DNA from: Octopus sinensis | Lineage: Eukaryota | Direction: 5' to 3' | NCBI RefSeq assembly: GCF_006345805.1 | Contig: NC_043006.1 | Span: forward strand, 34,968,001-35,032,000 | DNA: 64,000 bases | Shown here: in pieces, positions 13,732 to 25,996 of the stretch | Layout: every line of letters begins with the position of its first letter | Numbering within the stretch: the first letter of the stretch is position 1 | Notes under the pieces: generated by a model | What the model was told of the DNA's origin: nothing | What the model saw: only the letters and a program-made list of their open reading frames with translations | Database searches by the model: none | Translations under genes and position numbers: made by a program

Positions 13732-14556
13732 AATATATATATATATTATATATATATATATATATATACATACATATATATATATATATCTATATATATA
13801 TATATATATATACATACATATATATATATATATATATGGCGCATCACACTCTCTCATTGACTCATATTCTCTTCTCAATCTTTCTCCTTTATTCTCTCCA
13901 TAAAACATGATTTGTCTCTGTATTTCTCCTTCCTCCTTGTTTATGTCCTTTTTATGCTATTTCTACTCTTCTTTCATTCTTCCTTGCTTCCTACGTTATC
14001 TTTTCCTTCCTTCCTTCTTTCGCTTCTTCCTTCTTTCCTTCCTTCCTTCCTTCCTTCTTTCAGTCATTTATTTTGACTTCGAGTCGCTTTCTCCTCGCTT
14101 TAGATTTCTTTCTACGACCTGTATTCTTTAACCGACCTGTATTCCACCGCCATCATCATCATCATCATCCATCCTCATCATCATCATCATCATCATCATC
14201 ACCACCACCACCACCACCCCACCACCACCATCATCAATGCAGTCGTCGTCGTTGTCGTCATCAACTTTTTCATAATATTCCTCACAAATCTTAATATGCT
14301 GTCTCTTTTGCAGCTGTTTCTAATAAATAAGAGATTATTTTAATAATGTGCTAAAGTCAAATTTCGACCCTCCGGGGTCGATAAGAAAAATGACAACCAG
14401 TCAAGTACAGAAGTTGATGTATTTGATTGATGCTACACAGCATATTTACGCCTCTGTTATGTCAAATCATAAGAGTAACCCACGTCTCACTTGTGTATAA
14501 GAGGGCAAAGAGTGCGATGATATTGAGGAGTCTGCAACGCATACTATAAATAAATC

Positions 14557-14614
<58 letters not shown>

Positions 14615-15094
14615 AATCTGTCTGTCTGTCAGTCTGTCTGCCTATCTGTATATCTACCTATATCTCTATCTGTCTATTTATATGTGTGTATTTCTGTGTG
14701 TGTGTCTGTTTTTGTGTGTGAGTGTACATATGTGTGTGTCTGTGTGTACTTACGTCCCAGCAAACTAGCGAGTGGACAAAAAATATCAATAGAAAAATTA
14801 CCAGACGCGTAAATACCAGAATAACCAGAATTTTAGGGTAAATTTGTTCGATTAAACCTTTCTGGTCGATGCTCCAGCCTGACCACAGTCCAATGACTGA
14901 AAGAAGAACATAAAAGATAAGCTGGTTGTCCAGCATGGCCGAGGATTCAGATATTGGGTGAAAATGGAAAAGAATGGAGCAATCAAAACCGAATTGGAAG
15001 AACATTGTAACCAGCGATATACAACGGCACCTAATGGTCTGGTGTCCTCCTGTCTGGTGTAGTCTGGTCTGGTTTGATCGGTACTGTAGTACTT

Positions 15095-15136
<42 letters not shown>

Positions 15137-15507
15137 GAAATATGTTACGAAAAGAAAATATAAAATACACGTGGAAATGTAAGGGTAAAATATGAAAAAT
15201 CAACGAAAATGCATATTACAAATAGAAAAAGGCTATTTATGACAGGTAACGACAAATATATACATTTAGATTGACTGGGGTAGTAATACGAGTCATAAAA
15301 GTCATTATTATGAGATGATTATAAGATGATTATAAAGTAAGAGAACAAAAAGGACCACTGGTTTTACGCAAAGCTATTCATCGTTTGAACAAACATATAT
15401 TATATATATAATAATCAATATAGGGTGGTGAAAAAATTTGTAGAATTTCTTATAGGAAAAAAAATAAATAGTCTAGATTATTTTAAGTTCAACATCAACA
15501 ATCGACC

Positions 15508-15922
15508 GGACATAATAGGCCATCCCCCCTAGAAATACAGCCAAAGCTTCAAACCGCATAAAGATCAATTCCGTAAACAGGAGAAAAATTAATGAATCCA
15601 CGGCTTCTATTTATTTGCTGCGATAAGTTGGAGCGAGTGCGACGATTTGAAAATTTAGTCAGATATTGCCTTGGCATTGTCGGAATGCCTGAAAAATCTG
15701 TCCGACTGGCTATTTTTGCTGAGAATCTGAGGGCCTATGGAAGATTGGCTGATTAATTTAATCAGGTTAGTTGACCATTAAACAGCAGACGAAACGGTGC
15801 ATCGTACAAGAAATTACAGGGTAAAGTTTTTTAAATTTTCTCCTGTGTTTACGGAATGATCTTTATTGAGTGTGAGCTTTGGCTGTTATTTCGATTTCTA
15901 GTGGGGAATGGCTATTATGGCC
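15508..15922. mobile_element. MITE with ~90-bp imperfect TIRs
   Basis: Left ATAATAGGCCATCCCCCTAGAAATACAGCCAAAGCT...ATAAAGATCAATTCCGTAAACAGGAGAAAA is matched by the reverse complement of 15830-15922. Confidence 0.8.
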
Positions 15923-15936
15923 GTTCCCTTGATTGT

Positions 15937-15980
<44 letters not shown>

Positions 15981-16299
15981 ATTTATTTATTTCTACCGAC
16001 AGGCGTCCATACAGTCGCTGTATAAAATCCACTCACAAAGCATTGGTCGGCCTGGGACATACTTGCTCAAGGTGGTTTGCAGTGGGACTGAACACAGGAC
16101 TAAATGGACGAAAAGCGACCTTCTTGCATCAGACGTCTTTGCCTGCTTATCTAGGTTTCGTGTCTGTTTTGTTGTTTGTTTCCATTTACATCATTATTAC
16201 CATTCTCCATCAGCATCGTGATAATCATCATTGCCTGTATCTAATTCCTACCGGTTATTCTTCTTCAATTCCATTCCGTTTGCTTCGGCTTCCATTTCG

Positions 16300-16562
16300 T
16301 CTTTTCATCTCTCATCTTCCTCCATTTCTTTCAATCTTCTTTCTTCAAATCCTTCTTCTTCTTCTTCTTCTTCTTCTTCTTCTTCTTCTTCTTCTTCTAC
16401 TTTTCTTCTTCTTCTTCTTCTTCTTCTTCTTTCTTCTTTTCTTCTTCTTCTTTCTTGCACTTCTTTTCTTCTTCTTCTTCTTCTTCTTCTCTTCCACTTA
16501 TCTTCTTCTTTTCTTCTCTTCTTCTTCTTCTCTTCTTCTTCCACTCTTTTCTCCTTCTTCTT

Positions 16563-16593
<31 letters not shown>

Positions 16594-16897
16594 TTAGATT
16601 TTATTATTATTATTATTAGTGTATAGTAGTAGTAGTGTAGTTCGTAGTAGAAGTAGTTGTTGTTGTTGTTTTTATTATTACTATCAATATTATCATCATC
16701 ATCGTTTTTATGATTAAATTATTGTTATTGATACTATTATAATTGTGGTGGTGGTATTGTTGTTGTTATTATTATCATTATCATTATCATTATTATTATC
16801 ATTACTATCATTATTATTATTATTATTATTACTATTATTATTATTATTATTATTATTATTATCATTATGATTATTATTATTATTATCATTATTATTA
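16300..16897. repeat. Compound (TCT)n then (ATT)n microsatellite
   Basis: Direct inspection. Confidence 0.95.
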
Positions 16898-19800
16898 TTG
16901 AATGTGGGAGGCCTCGGGTCACCTTGGAAACAGGGTCACCTGTTAAACGACCTGAGGTTTCATGATGTGGATGTAGCAGCCATCAGTGAACCAGGCTCTC
17001 CGACCCGCAGGAACTCGCAGCCTTTTCGGCGGATACGAGATATTTCTATCTCCGTGTCGGCCGGGGAGCGGGCGGTGGTGGTACTGCGGTGTTGTTTCGG
17101 AAGGGCCTGGACCTGAAAATAAGGACAGTCTTCTTGGATCCGGAAGGTAAGTTGGTGGTCCTCGACGTCGACGGTAGTGACGGCGGTGCTTTCAGACTGC
17201 TGGCTGCCTACGCTCCGATAGGAGCAGGGCAGTCGGATTATTTCAAACGTCTGGAAGTTTTCCTGGGAACGTCACGCACTCTAGTACTAGTTGGGGATTG
17301 GAACGCTGTCTTAGACGAACGTTTCGATCGGGTGGGCAGGGGAGCGTCTGATAGGAGAGGGGGAGGGTGCAAGAGCCTCGCCAACCTACTCGGCCGCTTT
17401 CAGCTGTCCGACAGGTTTCGACTAGACAACCCGAATGTGCCAATGTGGACTTGGACAAACCGCATCGGGTCGTCTAGATCGTACTTAGATAGAGTGTTTT
17501 GTAGGCCAGCGGATAAGGACAGCGTAGGGTGTCACAATTCCACCTAGTCGAATATACGGACCACAAATTAGTGATCTGTACGGTCGACTTAGATAGGCTA
17601 CATAGACAGGGACCCGGCTACTGGAAGCTGAACGCGTCGTTAACGGCGTGCAAAGCTTACAGAGACCGGATTAGTTTACTAGTTAAGCGGGCGCTCACGG
17701 GGGCAATCATCAACAACAACTGGTGGTTTGCCCTCAAGAGAGCAATTAGAGTAGAGTCGATTAGGTATAGTAAGACTCTAGCTATTGAACGTAGGAAGAG
17801 AGAGCGGGATTTAGTTAAGAAACTAGACGAGGCTCTTGACACTGGCATCGCGACCGACGTGTTGGCGGCAAGGTTGGCCCTCGACCAACACTTCGACGCC
17901 AAACACGAAGGCTGCGTTGTCAGAGCTAAGGCACGTTCGCTAAGCGGGGAGGGGACTAGAGCCGCTCGATGGGCCGCGTGGCGGAGGCGAAGCGAGGCAA
18001 CAGAGCAACCATTCGGTCTTTGGTGGACCAGAACGGGCGCGAGGTTACCCAACCGAAGCAGATGTGTACGGTGCTTCAGCGGCACTTTGCTCAACTGTTT
18101 GGGACGAGCGGTGGAACGGACACCAACGGTGCAGACTTCGGTGTGTACCTGGACGGACTGCCGCAACTCTCGGACAGCGAGGCAGAGTGCTGCGAAGGAC
18201 CGATATCTGCCTGGGAAGTACAGGAAGCGATGAAGAGTTGCACGAGAGGTAGATCGCCGGGTTTGGATGGTCTGCCCTACGAGCTTTACTTTTCAATGCC
18301 AGACTTGTTTGCGGACCTGTTGGCAAACGTCTACTGCAACTGGCAGCAAAACGGGAGAATTCCTGCTTTTGTCTGTCGAGGGGTGGTGGCTTTGCTAAAG
18401 AAGGACCCAAACAAGGGGGACGTTATAGGGAATTTCCGGCCCATCACTCTGCTCAATGCAGAGTTGAAGATTTTGGCCAAGGTGCTAGCCAAGAGATTGG
18501 CGCTTGTCGTGGACAAGCTGGTCGGCGAAACGCAGACATGCGCCGTGCCGACCAGGTCGATACACGACAACCTCCATCTCATGCGCTACATCATAGAGAG
18601 GGTGGGTAACGACGCTGGCGCGGGTGGGGCTTTGATCAACTTGGATCAGAGTAAAGCCTTCGATAGGGTCGACCATCGGTACCTGGCAGCTGTCCTCAGG
18701 GCAGCCGGCTTCGGTCCAGTCTTCCGCGGGTGGATCGCTGCTTTATACAGCAACATCTGCTCGGTGATACGGGTGAACGGTCACCTTTCGGAACCGTTCG
18801 ACATCTCGCGTTCGGTCCGCCAAGGATGCCCTCTCTCCTCCCTCTTGTACATTTTGACTCTCGAGCCATTACTGCGCAAGTTGGAGGCTTTGAGGGGTAT
18901 CCCGCGCGATCTAGGAGGCGGAAACAGCGTGTCTGCTTATGCCGACGACGTCACCGTGGTGGTGTCGAGCCACAGGCACATTGGCCTGATTGGCGAGACG
19001 CTAAACCAGTACGAAGCGGTGACAGGGGCAAAGATTAACGCGGAAAAGTCTGTGGGCTTGCAACTGGGCACCTGGAGAGGCAAGCCATGCCGTCCAACAG
19101 CGTCGTAGGGCGCTGGACAGACGGACCCGTTAAACTGCTCGGGGTCTGGTTCGGTCCGGACCTCCAGGTGGATAAGAACTGGGAAGAGGTGACGAGCAGG
19201 GGGCACGTCTCACCCAGAAATGGGCGAGAGGAAGCTGTCCCTGAAGGTCGAGCGGAGGTGGCGAATGCGTACATCGCATCCGTCATCTATTACCGCTTGA
19301 CCGTCGTCCCTTGTCCCGACCGCTGGTTGGCCAAGCTGGTTCGTCTGCTCTTCGACTTTTTTTGTGAAGGGTCAGGTGCCACTGGTCAGGCGATCCATCT
19401 GCTGTCAACGACCGCTGAACGGAGGCCTTGGAATGCCGTGGTTACTGTTGCGCAGACATGCGCTCAGGCTGCGGCATCTCAAGCGCTTCCTAGACGGTGA
19501 AGAGGTGTGGTCGTCTTTTGTCAGACGCGATTTTCCGCAGCTCGTCTCTTTGACGGAACTGCAGACCTGGATCAAACGGAGACCGAGAAAGGGCGCTTGG
19601 CACCTCGAGTGCCGTCAAGCCCTCTCCGCCCTCCGCCAGGCGGGAAATGCGGTCGTTTACAGCTCCACTCTAGCGTTCTATAGAGGGTTAGTGGAGGAAA
19701 AATGCGACGACGTTCTCGGGGAAACTCTAGGCGTTGAAGATGACGAACTGTGCGGTCTGTTCGGAAGGACTTTCGGGCCGGGGCCGATGGATAATTTCCA

Positions 19801-20250
19801 GAGGTCTCTCGCTTGGCAGTGCTACCGAGGGGCTCTGCCTGTTCGAGATAAACTCTACCGGCACGGAAGTGCCGTCAGCCGGGCCTGCCCGAGGTGTTGC
19901 CAGGACGACGAAACCGTCTGCACGCACTCGTCCAGTGCCCGAGTATTGCTGAAATATGGGTTTATGTCGAACAGCTACTGTCACGTGTAGGACGGATCCG
20001 ACTATCGGCCGAATCCATAGTGAAGATTGCCCCGCCGACCTCCTTTAACAAGGAGGGCGAGCCGTTTTCTTGTGCCTAGTGGCTGTGGCGAAAGAGGTCG
20101 TGTGGTGGACTCGTTTGAAAGGGCTAAAGACAGACACTTTCCTCTTTGGTCAGGCCTCATCAACTTTTTAAGTTTCACTTGAAAAGGAAGATGAGGTTAG
20201 AGAGGAATGTGCTGTCCGATAGCAATTTATGAAAGGTGGGTGAATTGTGC
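16898..20250 (+). pseudogene. LINE ORF2 (APE endonuclease - reverse transcriptase - zinc knuckle) broken by about 6 frameshifts
   Basis: Overlapping ORF pieces 16898-17116, 17089-17547, 17529-18233, 17969-19108, 19087-19500, 19364-19990 and 19894-20079 join into one colinear ORF2. The 3' end is approximate. Confidence 0.9.
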
Positions 20251-20574
20251 GAGACTGGCCTGTATAAATGGACCAGTTCTCAGGTTTCGCCTGTGATTTC
20301 AAAGAAAAAGGTAATGTAAAAGGAGAAGAAAGGGGACTCTCTACACCCCCTTTTTTTGACCAGGCTCCCGTTGGCTTTTGTAGGGTTTTTTCCACCAGGA
20401 ACCTTTCGAGACGTCTCCCCCTTTGGGAGTTTTCATTGTTGAATTTTATAAGTTGTTATAAAGATTTTTACTCGATGTTTTTAAAAAAAAACGCAAAACC
20501 CTTTGTAACCTTTCGTCCTGTCTTGTCCCTTTATGTAATCATGCGTGTCAGCCCTTGTGGCCAATAAAAAAGAA
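16898..20574 (+). mobile_element. Tx1/L1-clade non-LTR retrotransposon, 5'-truncated (ORF2 plus 3' UTR), flanked by (ATT)n on both sides
   Basis: GC-rich island. APE motifs LNVGGL, VGDWNA, SYLDRV, TDHKLV; RT motifs FRPITLLN, LDQSKAFDRV, QGCPLS, YADD; CCHC finger CPRC...HALVQC. AATAAA at 20563-20568. Confidence 0.93.
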
Positions 20575-20577
20575 TTG

Positions 20578-20621
<44 letters not shown>

Positions 20622-20970
20622 CGCTATTACTATCATCCCCTTCGTCGTCATCCTTATCATTATAATTAGTGTATAAATGTATTTTTGCTTTTATTTGTTT
20701 ACTTGACCTTTGCAAAGAGATAGGAACGTCTTTGATAATTCTAAATTTGTCAGATCTCTCAGACATGAGAAATAGGTCATCGATGCCAAATAATGGCCAA
20801 CAAATAAACAAAACCTGATGTATAAACAAATGAATCGATGTATTAATAAGTCAATAGATTAGACGTACGTATGGACTATTCTATATGTATATATACATAT
20901 GTCTACACACCTACACACACACACCACACACGTACAAATACACATAAAATATATATACACACACACCCAC

Positions 20971-21058
<88 letters not shown>

Positions 21059-21824
21059 ATGTATGTATGTATGTATGTATGTATGTATGTTATGTGTGGA
21101 TGATGGATGGCTGAAGGGTTAAGATGGTATGATGGGGAGGTGGGGCTTTCTAGTGAACGCATTATTTAGTTCCTGTTTTATCTTTTCATTTTATTACTAA
21201 GAACATACTTTTCTTGATTTCGCGTTCGCCCTTTCTGTATATTTATTGTGAAGAATAAAGTTCTTAGGTCACTCGACATCTCTTGACCTTTCAGATATTA
21301 TTTTCTAAAGGAAGTCGTTGTCAGGGGTGTGTCTTATTGCCGTTTTATTGTAATGAATCACCATTAAACAATCGTCTATTTATGATAATATCATAGTCTT
21401 GATGTCGTTTTCATCCTATTTGGCGTATTTTACCATTAACACTGGGAGTTCTTTGAGCAATAACGAAATGGTTTTAAAATAGTAGCTAGGTTGTCTTACT
21501 TATACTTTCAACATTGCTTTTTATTTCGTTATTAGTTTAGCCTTTATGACTAATCTTTAGATGAGCAGAGGTATCTATGTAAGATACTTCGCTTAACGAG
21601 TAATGTTTTCTTGTTAACATTGTTGAGTCATGTTGAGCCCCGAACTGACGAAATCGTTAGCGCCCCGGACGAAAAGATCAGCGGCAGTTCCTGTGTCTTT
21701 ACATTCTGAGTTGTAATTTAGAAATTCAATATTTCTAATCACGGTGACCAGTGAATATATTTCACTATAAAGATATATATTTGCAAAGGCTTGGCAGGCA
21801 TCTCAGCTAGCGGGACTCGCTACC

Positions 21825-21869
21825 CTGGACTGATGACGAGCAAGACCCAGAAACATGCATGTCTTCAAG
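21825..21869 (+). ncRNA. Hammerhead-like motif with perfect palindromic stem III (stem II degenerate)
   Basis: TGGA-CTGATGA-...-GAA-ACATGCATGT-C-TTCA. The 10-nt palindrome is followed by a GUC cleavage triplet. Confidence 0.5.
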
Positions 21870-22574
21870 TTGCTAGTCCTAGCTGGTGGGGGTGCTTGCC
21901 TTCCTTTTGCAAATATAAGGACACAGGAAATGTGTCAAAGCCGACAGGAAGCGTCGATGCTTCCTAGGGCTATATAGCGGTGGTGTAATTCCCTTTACGA
22001 GACTGTCACGTTATGTTGACATTATACAACCACTCATTTTTAAAATTCATCTTTATTAAATTCTACTCATAAATTTACTTCTGCGCTATTTCCACTTTCA
22101 TCTTTTATATATAAACATTTTTACACACACATGCACATGTACATGCACACGCACGCACACACACACGTTTATATAAACAGGCAGTCTATTCAAACCTGGA
22201 GCTTTTCTTATGTTTATCTCTTTGAAAGTAGACATTATCTAATCAAAGGTTGGATCATTCATCATTTCTCACACAATCTCCTTTTGGCTCACTCCATTAA
22301 TAATTCTATCAACAGCAGCTGATGAAACAGATCTTTAAAATGTTCACTGCTCCGATTCATGGTTCTGGATCTTGTCCATCATATGACTTCAATCGTACCA
22401 CATTTCAGTGATGTGAATCAAATTCTCGCTTTATTGCGCTGTATAAGGCCGTCAAGTCTCTACAATTATAATCCCTTACTACTCACAGGCTTCATATCAA
22501 GCATTTCATCAGTATTATATCTTCTTATACGTCTGATATTGTGGTATTTGAGAAAAACTGGCAATTCCAAGAAA

Positions 22575-22830
22575 AGGACAGTTTTGAACAAGAATCGTTG
22601 GGCTGGTCATGGTTTCAAGATGGAAGATGAGAAGTTGCCCAAACAGATATTTAACGGTAAGCTGACCATAAGAAAAAACAAACCTCAGTATAAACCTCGG
22701 AAGTAGTTTCACGGTGTTATAAATGGCAACATTGCACATTGATATTGATATCTGGGAGGCATTGGCTCAAAACGTTACATCATGGAGAGTGACTAACAAA
22801 TACAGATGTGATGCCCTTGAGTAAAAGCAA
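22575..22830 (+). mobile_element. RTE-clade LINE C-terminal fragment
   Basis: RWAGHGFKMEDEKLPKQIFNGKL...KPRK matches the conserved RTE post-RT motif (RWxGHxxRM...RLPKQI). Confidence 0.72.
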
Positions 22831-23027
22831 TGAAGCATGCTACATTAGAGCGTTGATTCAGAAACCCGTCAGTGCAATGTGTGTGGACATTTCATCAAGC
22901 AAGAGCGCGGTTTTCCAGCCACCTGACGTCACATGAGCCAGGGGGTAATTAGTGGCTTGTAAAATGGTTCTATCGCTACGTGCACCGTCGTACATGCCTA
23001 CACACACAACACACACACATATATATA

Positions 23028-23915
23028 CGAGGGGGCACTCAAAAGTAACCAGTAACGTTCTATGTGAGACAAGTCCGTTGTGGTTCAGGCTTACGCCGCT
23101 AGAAGCCACTTGATGCGACCCTCAGGCATCAGTCTGCTGACCAGCCTCGTCGACTGTAGTCCTATTGCCACCTGATGCGTCTTTGCTTTGAAGTGCTTCT
23201 CTGCTGTTCGTCGATTTTTGCGATGGCTGAAACGAAGGGACAGCGTACTTAAGTGAAATTCTGTTTCTGCTGGGGAAAACTGCGGCCGAAATAGTTGTCA
23301 TGCTTATAACAGCTTACAAGGACACAGCCATTACCAAAACACAAGTTGTTTACGTGTAGTTTTCATACTTTAGGAATGGTTGCTTGTTGCTAGAAGAACA
23401 AACTCATTCAGGACATCGATCGACCTCCCGAACGAATGAAAACATCAGGAAAATACATGAACTGATCTTGGAGGACCATTACTGAGCAATTGACGAACTT
23501 ATTTATATGACTGCTGTGTCCTTGAGCTCCCGCCAACGAATTTTGTGCGAGAAATTGCGAATGAAGAGTTACAGCAAAATTTTTGTCTCGCTTGCTCTCA
23601 CGGATCAAAAGCAGTCACGACTGAATGCGTGGCGTGAACGGAAAGGACAGTTGAAAATTGATCCGCGCCTTTTTTCGAAAGCTGGTGCCTCGGAATTTGC
23701 ATGTGTGAAAGAGGTGAAAAAATGAAAAAAAAGGGACGGAGATGTTAAAGGGCACCACTTTGCAAGAGTTCCAGCACTGCTTCGAAGAGTTGAAAACGCA
23801 TCTGGACCGAGGCATTGCTTCAAATGGGGAATACTTTGAAGGCGATAGAAGTATAAACACATAAAATAAAGTGAATAAAATAAGATTGCAAAATTCCGGT
23901 TTCTTTTGGGCAACT

Positions 23916-23920
<5 letters not shown>
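23028..23920 (+). mobile_element. Internally deleted mariner element (catalytic domain absent)
   Basis: TA followed by CGAGGGGGCACTCAAAAGTAACC; reverse complement of the right end is CGAGGAGTTGCCCAAAAGAAACC. N-terminal remnant VKFCF.LGKTAAE...IHELILED is joined to C-terminal EFQHCFEELKTHLDRGIASNGEYFEGD. Confidence 0.85.
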
Positions 23921-23968
<48 letters not shown>

Positions 23969-24079
23969 TGTGTGTGTGTACATATATGTTTTCAGCGGTG
24001 TAGAATTTAAAATGTAATTATTCTTTTTCATTCCAGGTGCCATCATTATATTAAACAGTTGCGGAGAGTTAACGTGCCA

Positions 24080-24450
24080 CGCACAAAAATTCAGCAGAAC
24101 TGTCAGATTTTCAAAGAGGTCGTATTGTTGGGCAATCTGTAGCTGGTCTTAGCCAGCGAGAAATCTTCAAATTCTTCTTGCTACTGTAAATAGAATTATA
24201 GTGCAATTCAAAAGCCAAGGAAAAGAATCAACAGATTCTCGTCTCGGCTGACCTGGGCCATCGGAAAGGAAGCTTCGCTGTTTAAAGACAATTGCGGAAA
24301 CGAACCCCGTTCGAAGGCTTCTGACATTGCAAAACAGCTAGAAGTTAGTCCAAGAACGTGTGTTACATATCTACATAAGCTTAGGTATTATGGACGATCA
24401 GCTAGAAGAAAACTTCTCCTTCAACCAATTAATATCAAATAAAAGATTTT
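24080..24450 (+). mobile_element. Tc1-type transposase N-terminal (HTH) relic
   Basis: Translates to ELSDFQRGRIVG...SQREI...TVNRII...DIAKQLEVSPRT...LHKLRYYGRSARRKLLL, with frameshifts. Confidence 0.75.
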
Positions 24451-24854
24451 GAAAATTAAAGGTGTCTATTTACTTCCTGCATGTCAGTGTATATACGTAC
24501 ATATTACCTTATTCAGTGAAGCCAACAAGGGGGTGTTTATATATGTGGGCGGTTGATTAATTAGAAATTGCGGGTAACTTACCCCCAAATCACACCGTAA
24601 TATTTTAAGAAAAGAAAAGCTATCAGAAAAATCACCCCTAGAGTTACATAAAAGATGGAATGGTCATAGTTCAATCAGAGACTAGTAATAGCTGTTACTA
24701 CGATTAAACAACAACAGGGTAAGAGGTAAAGGCGTCCATCGATCATGAACGAGCATGGGATTGCACCGAAAGTTCCCCTCCAAAGTACAAATTCGCGAAA
24801 GGTTTTTCTTTTTATGGAAGACCTGCAATCACTCATGCACATAACCTTCCCCTC

Positions 24855-25065
24855 TCTACCTCACAGACGTTATCCAAGGGGAAGGCAAATGCCGATACAG
24901 GTTGGCACCAGTGACATCACAACTCATTTCTACAGCTGAGGGAACTGGAGCAACGTGAAATAAAGTGTCTTGCTCAAGAGCACAACACACAGCCCGATCT
25001 GGGAATCGAACTTACCATCTTATGAGTGGGAATTCGATGCTCTAACCACTAAGCCATGTGCCTTC
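24855..25065 (-). mobile_element. SINE family D (other copies ~1140-1440, 52265-52490, 53030-53160, all minus strand)
   Basis: Shared core TGTGTTGTGCTCTTGAGCAAGACAC...TTGCTCCAGTTC..TCAGCTGTAGAAATGAG with a tRNA-like head (TGGCTTAGTGG, GTTCGATTCC). Confidence 0.8.
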
Positions 25066-25494
25066 ACAACAACATCAGCAACGACATTAAATACACTTGT
25101 TAATAGTTTTGTGTTGGTAAATTAATTTTCGGAAACTTAAAAACAGAGGTTAGACTGTTTACAGATATACTCATTTCCATAAATATAAGCTGGAATAGAT
25201 TCTCATTTCTGTGACATAAGACATAAATTAATTGTGTACGTTTCATACAGTAATTGATTTGTTTAACCGACGTTTAACTTCAACAGTTGTTATCTTATTA
25301 AATCATTATATATTTACTGTTATCATTAAGTAGGTTGTTAATCTTTGTGTTATGTTTGTCTTTTGCCCTAGTAACAAAAGCATTGCTTTTATATTTTCTG
25401 TATATTACCATTTCGTCTTTGCCTATTCGGATCATACAGAGCTTTCCTGCGTTTCGTTTTAAGTATTTTGATATTACTGCGCACAGGTTTAGTG

Positions 25495-25996
25495 TGCCTA
25501 TGTGTGTGAGAGAGAGGGAGAGTGTGTATAAGTATGTGAGTGTTTGTGTATGTGTGAGTGTGTGTGTATGTGTGTACGTGTATGTGCGTATATATATGTG
25601 TGTGAGTGTGTGTGTGGACGCATGAGAGAGTTTGAGTGTTTGTGAGTGTGTGAGAGTTTGTGAGTGTGTGTGTATGTGTGAGTGTGAGTGTGTGTGCAGG
25701 AGTGTGTGTATGAGTGTGCGAGTGTTTGTGTGTGAATGTGTGATTGTGTCAGTGTGTGTATGAAAGAGTGTGTGTATGTGGGCGTGTATGTGAGAGAAAG
25801 AGCGTGTGTGAGTGTATGTGCAGGAGTGTGTGTATGTGTGAGTGCGTGTGCTTGTGTATGTGTGAGTGTGTGTGTTTGTGTATGTATGGGGGGTGTATGT
25901 GTGTACGTATATGTGCGTATGTGTATGTGCGTGTGAATATGTGACTGTGTGTGTGAGAGAGTGTGTGTGTTGCGAGTGTGTGTGTGTGTGTGTGTA
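25495..25996. repeat. Degenerate (TG)n tract; similar tracts at 45575-45965, 53575-53850, 54360-54800 and elsewhere
   Basis: Direct inspection. Confidence 0.95.

Noticed and set aside
17243-19984. Several minus-strand and alternate-frame ORFs of 60-170 aa
   Set aside because: Shadow ORFs of the GC-rich LINE ORF2.
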